This document shows, piece after piece, positions 1 through 8,100 of a stretch of DNA of 64,000 nucleotides. The notes under the pieces are model-generated. The model was not told the origin of the DNA, did not search any database, and saw only the letters and a list, made by a program, of their open reading frames with translations. Source of the DNA: Hormiphora californensis. Its lineage: Eukaryota; Animalia; Ctenophora. Position numbers and translations under genes: made by a program. The stretch spans positions 6,944,001 to 7,008,000 of the forward strand of contig CM035357.1 in NCBI GenBank assembly GCA_020137815.1, read 5' to 3'. Each line of letters starts with the position of its first letter. Position 1 is the first letter of the stretch.

Positions 1-539
1 TCAGCAGATTGTGTAGTTAACTAAAATGTCCGTCCGTCCGTCTGTCCACCGTTACACACAGCAACAAAGTCTGCTCCTTCATAAATATTTCAACTCACAC
101 TTTGTTGATGCAACAAAGGAAATGATTAATACGCATTGTGGCGCGCAATTACTCACTCGTATCACTTCCTACTTTCACCTGAAATCACTTTGGGTACCCT
201 ACAGCCGTACCATGACGTGGTAGCAAGTCTTCCAAGCATGAAACTACTATCACACAATAATTGCAAGTGACTGGTGCTAAGAATTAAGATGACTGAGGCC
301 TGAGGGTAAAGGTGAAGCGCTTGGTCACCAACTAGGGTCTCCTAAGCAAACTGTCTTAGTTATCATAGCAACTGCCTTGGTTACCATAGCAACCATCCTG
401 GTTACCATAGCAACTAACATCGTATCAGCCAAAAATTGCTCTTAAAGTGCAAAATTCATCGGAAAATCTGAATTTGAAGCTCATTCATCAATTTTTCACC
501 CATCTGGGGCAGGGAAACACCGCATTATGAATACATAAT

Positions 540-1500
540 GCAATAATTCTTGTTAACAAGCTAATTTCTTCACCAATAGGTCCGGATAGGTGTCTAGTAT
601 CACCAAAAAAAAGTACACGATAATCGGAAGTGCGCACACGCGCTGAGCGCGCAAGAAGTAAACACATGTAAATACATGTATTTCTAGCCTGGCACGAAAA
701 CCCAAAAACCATCTTAGGAGACGAGTAGAGAAAAAATCAAGGGCACTAGATTGTGTAGCGTCCTCGCATTAGTGGGGGTAGGTGCTGGAATTAAGTCTCT
801 ATCTCATCTGGTTAATTAGATAATTGGATAATTAGATATGCGCATAACCGTATTTTGGCTATATGGCTATAGCCACTTAGGAATGGTTTAGAGACTTTTC
901 ATTGGTGCCATTTTGTTCAGAAAAAAATTTCAATCTAAGAGTTGTGGAAAAATTTAGAGCCTATCTCTTACCGTTTTGGCGTAATTTGCAGTCAAAGAAG
1001 GCCAATTAACTAATTTTTTGGCATTTTCGGCTGATTTGGCATACTTTGACCGCAAATAACGCCAAAACGGTAAGAGATAGGCTCTAAATTTTTCCACAAC
1101 TCTTAGATTGAAATTTTTTTCTGAACAAAATGGCACCAATGAAAAGTCTCTAAACCATTCCTAAGTGGCTATAGCCATATAGCCAAAATACGGTTATGCG
1201 CATATCTAATTATCCAATTATCTAATTAACCAAATGAGATAGAGACTTAATTCCAGCACCTACCCCCACTAATGCGAGGACGCTACACAATCTAGTGCCC
1301 TTGATTTTTTCTCTTACTCGTCCCCTAAGGGGTTTGGGGGTTTTTTCGTGCAGGTTTAGAAAAAATTTTTTTTTTAATGTGTTTTATTTTTCTTGCGCGG
1401 AATTCCCGCGTGGGCCATTTCCGATTTTCGGGGTTTTTTTTTGGTGATATAGACCCCCATCCGGACCTATTGGTGAAAAAAAAACTAGCTTTTTAAAAAT
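540..1500. mobile_element. Foldback (palindromic) non-autonomous DNA transposon; ends uncertain
   Basis: About 700-1000 is a near-perfect reverse complement of about 1040-1325 (centre about 1020). About 540-700 matches 1330-1500 only in degraded, homopolymer-distorted form. It shares the internal module AGCGTCCTCGCATTAGTGGGGGTAGGTGCTGGAATTAAG with the elements at 59937-63545. Confidence 0.8.
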
Positions 1501-1900
1501 TTTGGGCTAAAAAAAATTTGGGGCCCTTTTTTACTAAAACCCCTTACTACTCCTTGAAAAGGGGGAGAGGGGGGAGAAGAGGGGGGAAAAGAGAGAGGGG
1601 GAGAGGAAGAGGAGAGAGAGGAGAGAGAGAGAAAAAGGGGGAGGGGAGAGAGAGAGAGAGAGAAGAGAGAGAGGAGAGAGAAGAGGGGAGAGAGAGGGGA
1701 AGGGGAGAGGGAGAGAGAGAGAGAGAGAGAGGAGGGGAGGAGGAAGAGAGAAGAGAAGAGGAAGGAGGGGGAGGAGCCCCCCCGCGGGGTATTATAATAG
1801 TCGTTAAAACCCCCAAACCCCCCGCATATCCCCCCACCCCCCCAAGGGGATGTATAGATGCTTTTAGGGTTTTTTTTCCCTCCCCCGCGTTATAGAGGGG

Positions 1901-2066
<166 letters not shown>

Positions 2067-2113
2067 ACAAAGATTCCCTAACTTTTACATATGCTCCCAT
2101 TTCCCAGTCTTAC

Positions 2114-5100
2114 CTCCATAACTTGTCGTTCTGGGATGTGGCTCCCCTTTTGCCTGTTACTCTTCACCTGCTCATGGAGTGATCCTCGGGAGCAAAAATC
2201 CTGGAAATTATTATCATTAATTAGTTTGTTGTTATTATTTTTAATTAGTTTGTTGTTATTATTGTTAATTAGTTTGTTTGGAAAACTAGTTGTGAAATTA
2301 AGTTTAACTTTGTATGATTCAAGGATGAGATTAGCAGGGTGCCACCCAACCTTTAACTTTGTAATTTGATGTCTTGTACGTTTAAACTTCATTATAACAT
2401 TTGAAAACCACTTGAAGGTTCGCCAGAGTTTCTAGTGCATTACGACAGAAGTACTTAATATTCGAGTATAACCTAGCGACTACTTAGACACATAGACTAT
2501 GTGGTCACAAACAACAAAGTAAATACTTTATTATAAACTGTCACCTGTTCTATGTTAGCGTGGGGAGGTCTCAAAAAAAATGTCACCTCGCGTAATTTCT
2601 TTGTCGCTAATCCCCATCTCCCCCACCAAGTATAATTATAGTTATAGTGAACTGAATCTTGTTTTACTACTGAATTGTCGACTGTGTTAGGCGGGGACGG
2701 GTACAGTGCCATAACCAAATGCTTAGTACGTTTTAATCTTTGCTCAAATAAAAAACTTGTTTTCAAGTCTGTGTTGTTCTACAAACAGGCTAAACCTCGA
2801 TACAAATAACAATTTATATTTTGTAATTTATTCTACGTGACTGATTTATTATAGGGCGAACCCCTCCACTCTGAGATTAGTTAGTTTACGTACAAAAGAA
2901 ATACAGTCGGACCCCGATTTAACGGCACCCTCGGGGGAAAGGGTTTTGTCCGTTAAATCGGGGTGTCCGCTAAATCGGGGTCAAATACTGTTAATTTCCT
3001 ATATCGGGGGAAGATTATCCTGCCGTTAAATCGGGGTGCTGTTAAATCGGGGGCCGTTAAATCGGGGTCCGACTGTATTATATATTTAGGTAGACGGGGT
3101 GGCACAATTAATCTTCGTGGGTCGAAGTTGATTTAACCGTCTCCTTCAACTTTACACTTGCTGCAATAACCCCTACCCACCCTGGTCTGCCTCCTCTGGC
3201 CTGCCTCATTACCTAATGGATCCAGGTACTGCCTGAACTAAACCTACCTGAATAATAAAAAGGTTATCTTGTTTCCGGTCAAAGAATGACTCGTGGTAGT
3301 GAACTATGTGGGGGTGGTCCAGTTTCTGTAGAATTTGCACCTGATAAAGAATTCGTGAATAAATCTTGATTTCCGGCTGGACGAATGATTTATTCACTGA
3401 TTATGCGGCTAATAAACAATCAACCGATCCTTATTCTTTGATAAAGAATTTAACAACTAGTAAAATACTCATGTCAGATGTTTTGTTTTAACTTTTATCT
3501 GCCGCCAGACACAATAATTTTCTATTTTTACCGGGATTATGAGAGTCATTGAACAACGGGTATAAGATTAAAAATACTCATGTCAGATGTTTTGTTTTAA
3601 CTTTTATCTGCCGCCAGACACAATAATTTTCTATTTTTACCGGGATTATGAGAGTCATTGAACAACGGTATAACAGGTAAATGGTTATGTGTTAGTAGTA
3701 TAAATTCCTTAAATCCGGTAACTATGTCTGCTGCATGCTGCTCTAAAATTACACCTACTGCATTCTTGGGGTAAAGGCATTTTATTGTCCCATTATATTA
3801 TTCATGACCTGTTGTACTAGAGTTATTAGTGTGTGTCACCCATTTTGGCGGGAGTAACTGGAGATGGTTTCAATCTTTCTTAAGCCATCACGTGACTCCC
3901 CCCAAACCGGGTTAGGCTTCGTGCTACTCTAGGGCTGACTCCGAGAGATTAGTTTATCTCTCCCGGCTTTGAGGAAGCCCTCTTTAGACACCTCTTTAGA
4001 CCCGCCTTTTAGAGTTTAGATTATTTACCAGTGTTATCACGTGACCGTGAGTCACGATCACGCAGTGTGTTTCGAGCGGTATATTAGAGAGTTGACTTGG
4101 TTCGATATTCACTCTTCAGAGACTCCTCAGAGAATTCTATATTACCCTTCTACTTTCCCAAAAACAACCAACGTCTATCGATTTGTCTTTACTATAGCTG
4201 GTGGCTTCGGTGGGAGCCCTCTTTAGACACCTCTTTAGACCCGCCTTTTAGAGTTTAGATTATTTACCAGTGTTATCACGTGACCGTGAGTCACGATCAC
4301 GCAGTGTGTTTCGAGCGGTATATTAGAGAGTTGACTTGGTTCGATATTCACTCTTCAGAGACTCCTCAGAGAATTCTATATTACCCTTCTACTTTCCCAA
4401 AAACAACCAACGTCTATCGATTTGTCTTTACTATAGCTGGTAGCTTCGGTTTTAAGAACCAGTTTTGCCCCGAGTTAGTTTTTGTTAGAGTGAGTTGGAC
4501 AGACCACTCAGTAGTTGTAATCGTTGTCTGAAGAGAGTTGGATTGACCTCTTTAGTACTAAATTTTAGACCGTTGTTTGAATACTGAAGAGAGTTGGATT
4601 GACCTCTTTAGTACTAAATTTTAGACCGTTGTTTGAATACTGAAGAGAGTTGGATTGACCTCTTTAGTACTAAATTTTAGACCGTTGTTTGAATACTGAA
4701 GAGAGTTGGATTGACCTCTTTAGTACTAAATTTTAGACCGTTGTTTGAATACTGAAGAGAGTTGGACTGACCTCTTTAGTACTAAATTTTAGGCCGTTGT
4801 TTGAAGACTGAAGAGAGTTGGACTGACCTCTTTAGTGCTTAGTTTTAATCGTTGGTTGAAGAGAGTTGGATTGACCTCTTCTGCACTCAGTTTTTGTGAG
4901 TCGGATTGACCACATTCACACCAGACAACCACGAGACTCAATATGAGTGGAGAACAGGGAGCGACAGCGGTGACAGAGAACAAGGAAGCCACTCTGGACA
5001 CGGTGGTAAAACAGATCAAGACGGTGAGGCTAGTTGACCCAAAGGAATACAAACACGGGAATAACTTCTCGCAATGGTGTTCAAGATTCAAGAGAGACCT

Positions 5101-8100
5101 GAAGATAGGGAGGATAGACAAGAGCACAGCGATTGAAACCTTCTTGAACAGTCTCGATGACAGGACGGCGGAAAGACTGGAGCCCGTTGCTGACAAGATG
5201 ACAGAAGAAGAGAAACAGGACCCGGAAATATTCATTGGAAGATTTGAACAGACAATGTATCCACAATCTGAGATCCGTTCCTTGAGACAACAGCTCACTA
5301 ATGGATCGTTGAAACAGGAGCCTGAAGAAGACATCGACTCCTTTGCCTCTCGAATTAGGAATATTAGTCACCGAGCATATGCAGATACGACATCTCGAGC
5401 AGAGCCATCCCTCAATGCTCTTCTCAACGGTATGCACGATGATTTGTATGAACGAATTATCAGCTCCACTGAAGCTCAACAAGATTTCGAGTCAGCTGTT
5501 ACAACAGCAATGACTTATGAGAAGATGAGGCGTCTTCGAGAACCTGCTAGAGTTTTAAAGGTTACCCAGAGCCAGGACGGACATGACAATCGAGACAGGC
5601 GGAACAGCGACCAGAATGAGCGGTGGAACAACAGACGTGATGGAAACAGTGGAAGTTTCCAAAACAGGGGAAGTTTCCAAAACAGAGGAAATTTCCAAAA
5701 CAGAGGACCGAGACGGGAACAGAACTGGAGGGAGACACGTACCTGCTGGAACTGTGACAGAGAGGGTCATTTAGCGAGGCATTGCCGGAACTACAACCCC
5801 AACAGGCCTTTAAACTCCAGCCGGGCCGGTCGAAACGGAGAAAGATCCGGCCCAAGTCAGTAAACAATGTACGGAGAGGTGATAAAGGGTTGGTAACAGT
5901 GAGAGGAGAAGTTGAAGATTGTGAGTGTGTTTATTTGATAGACTCGGGGAGTCAGGGTACCCTTGTAAGCCTGTCCCTAGTGAAGGAGCTCAAGTTGGAG
6001 CACAAAATTCGGAGAACCCAACTTGGACTATTCACACTCACGAATCAGAGAATAAAAACTGTAGGGGAGGTTGAGTTAAAACTGACGATAGCTGGCACCT
6101 GTGTACCTCACACGTGCATTGTATTGGTTGAACCCATGGAAATCGACATACTACTAGGAGTGGATTTCCTGGGACAACATGGGCTATCTATCCATTTTGA
6201 ATCACAAACAGTGGAGTCTGCTTGTGGAGCAACACCCTTTTCCAAACCCCCACGTATGATACCAAAGACAACGAGAGTGAGAGTTAGTAAAACTGTTGTC
6301 ATTCCACCCCACACCGTGATGTTTGTATGTGGGTCGGTGGAGGTGAAAGAGAAAGGTGTGTACAGCGGGTGCCTAGAACCGTACCGAAACACTGAAGTGG
6401 GTCTAGATATCCTGACAGCAACGGCATTAGTACACACAGACAAGCAGCGCCAAGTGCCAATCCGTGTATTGAACCCTACGGAGAAGAATGTTACCCTGCA
6501 CAAGAGAAAGCTCATTGGATTGATGAGCCCGACAGAGAAGAAACCCGGACAGCTGAAAGATATCCAGGTCAGACAGGTGCGGACTGCACCTCAACAGATA
6601 CAGGAACCAGTCGGTGAAAAGGACTGGAGCAGGGATCGTCTTTTCCGAGAATTGAAAGTGGACGATATTGACATATCTCCGGATGAGAAGGAAAGCTTGA
6701 AGAACATTTTGTGGGTACACAGGAACACCTTCTCAAGACACGAGTTCGATTTAGGCACATGCAACTTCTTCCAGGCGGAGATAAACCTGAAAAAAGATGC
6801 TGTACCACAATACGTGACACCGATCCCAGTGCCGTATAAACGAAGAGAGGTGATGACTGAACACCTCCGAGAAATGGAATGTGCAGGGGTAATCGAGGAA
6901 ACACGGGTGAAGACAATGTGGAACAGCAGGGTGTTCCTAGTAGCAAAACCACGACAGCCAGGAAAATTTCGTTTGGTCGCCGACTTCAGACCCCTCAATG
7001 CACAGTGCCTGCCTGATAACTACACTCTTCCTAATGTTAATCACGTGGCCGACAAGCTGAAGGGAGCGAAATGGTTCACTACTATGGATTTGAGTAAAAG
7101 TTTCTGGCAGGTAAACTACACCCCTGAATCGAGCAAACTGACAACATTTGCAGCAAATGGGAGAACCTACATGTTCCTCCGGGGCGTGGGTTCGGGCGTG
7201 GGTTCGGACACAGAAACAACATGGACGTCGGAGAAAGAGAGCAGTGACACACCGGCCAAGCTTGATCTCAACACAGTACGGACATCACCATCATGCGTCT
7301 GTAATGTGGAAGTCATCCCCGAGACTGAGCCAATTGTGGTCAGCACTGTCACCGTAACACCCAGCACAGTGACACAGCAACTTGACATTCCAAATCTTAT
7401 TGATCTGGACAGGGTCAAGGAAGCACAAAAAGAGGACGTCGTGTTGAGAGAAGTGAGAAGATGGGTAGAGGAGGATACACGTCCTAAAGACCTGCAGAAG
7501 TTGAGATTGCCAGGAGATCTAGTCCGGTATTGGAGACACTTCAACCTCCTAACAGTGAGAGATGATGTTTTATGTCGCAAGTGGATACGACATGATAAGA
7601 AGAAGAACGAGATCGAGATTGAGCGTTTCTTGGTGCTTGTTCCTGAATCCCTGCGAGAATCGGTTATGCAGAACCACCATTCATCGCTAGTAAACTGTCA
7701 CCCAGGTGTGGACGGCACCTATCAATCGATCATTAGACAGTACTATTGGCCACAGATGCGATTTGAGGTAGATCTGTTTGTGAAGTCATGCATTACTTGT
7801 GGACTAACGAAACCACCTCCCAAGTACCTAAGAGCACCACTTCAGCACGTGATAGCAACCGAGTTCAACCAGATCCTTGTAATAGACCACATTGTTCCTC
7901 AAAAAGAGGGAACTACACCTAGGAGGAACCGCTACATACTAACCATGGTTGATGCTTTCACGGGATTCTCGGTGGCAGTTGCATGTAAAACACGGTCGAG
8001 TGAAGAGACGATCAGGCATATTATGCATTCATGGTGCTTAAAGTTTGGATACCCCAGAGAAATCATCTCCGATAACGACGGGTCTTTTAGTTCCTCGTTG

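Noticed and set aside
120-300. Further NEK exons on the minus strand
   Set aside because: The candidate AG...GT segments do not translate to the expected HRDLK/DFG subdomains.
4041-4531. Repeated MTVSHDHAVC ORFs (also at 10249)
   Set aside because: They lie within LTR copies, start at GTG and show no coding signal.
7181-7206. A tRNA gene
   Set aside because: Only a T-arm-like fragment is present, with no cloverleaf. Reported as possible filler instead.
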